Origin: Paraspadella gotoi
Taxonomy: Eukaryota > Animalia > Chaetognatha
Reading direction: 5' to 3'
DNA length: 8,173 nt
NCBI GenBank assembly: GCA_051294375.1
Contig: JBJCIZ010001065.1
Coordinates: 1 to 8,173 of the forward strand
Positions 7,707 to 8,173 of this stretch are shown here, one piece after another (position 1 is the first letter of the stretch; every line of letters begins with the position of its first letter). The notes beneath the pieces were generated by a model that was given only the letters and a program-made list of their open reading frames with translations, did not search any database and was not told where the DNA came from. The position numbers and the translations under genes are program-made.

Positions 7707-8150
7707 TTATCGTAGGCAGATCCGACATTGTTTGCTCAAACTTGTTTTATTTTCAACGTTAGTGTCTTTGGTTTTTATTGAATTTCAATATTTAGTTAGT
7801 TTTTACTGTTTTTCAGTCTTTTAAACGTTAGTGTCTTTTGTTTCACATAGTTTAGTTTTCCAGTCTTTTACACTGTTACAGTTTACGATTATTAATGATT
7901 ATTATTATTAATTATTATTAATTTTTTTATTATTAATGATTTTAAACGTTAGTGTCTTTTGTTTTTATTGAATTTCAATATGTAGTTTAGTTTTTACTTG
8001 TTTCCAGTCTTTTAAACGTTAGTGTCTTTTGTTTTTACATAGTTTAGTTTTCCAGTCTTTACACTGTTACTGTTTATAATTATGTCAATACTGTTTTTGG
8101 TATTAATAAAAAAAAAAAAAACCTTAAATTTTTTATTTTCTTTTTCTATC
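7707..8150 (+). repeat. Module D, copy 2, with an internal ~190-bp duplication
   Basis: 'aacgttagtgtcttt' occurs at ~7755, 7824, 7945 and 8015. The end 'atactgtttttggtattaat(a)n' matches 4440-4475. Confidence 0.88.
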
Positions 8151-8173
8151 TTAATAGAAAGTCGCCCCTACTA

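Overview
AT-rich, non-coding and almost entirely repetitive DNA that looks eukaryotic (invertebrate-like). No credible protein-coding gene is present: all listed ORFs are translations of T-tracts, (GA)n runs or minisatellites. The window is a mosaic of a few recurring modules, nearly all in the same orientation. These are a ~48-bp T-tract minisatellite with a ~470-510-bp higher-order repeat (~95-1700), a module 'C' with (GA)n and GC-rich hairpin units (three main copies), and a module 'B' with a GTCY microsatellite and ~150-180-bp subrepeats that resembles non-autonomous Helentron/DINE-1-like elements (two long copies). A module 'D' starts at a TTATCG(T)AGGC motif (two copies), and there are several small VNTRs. 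The clearest discrete elements are a ~612-bp foldback element (4968-5579) with a probable 8-bp target-site duplication, and a degenerate 73-nt tRNA(Lys)-like sequence (6980-7052). A cluster of palindromic RFX X-box-like motifs with a compensatory base change (1931-2465) is also notable. Family assignments come from pattern recognition only and need database checks.
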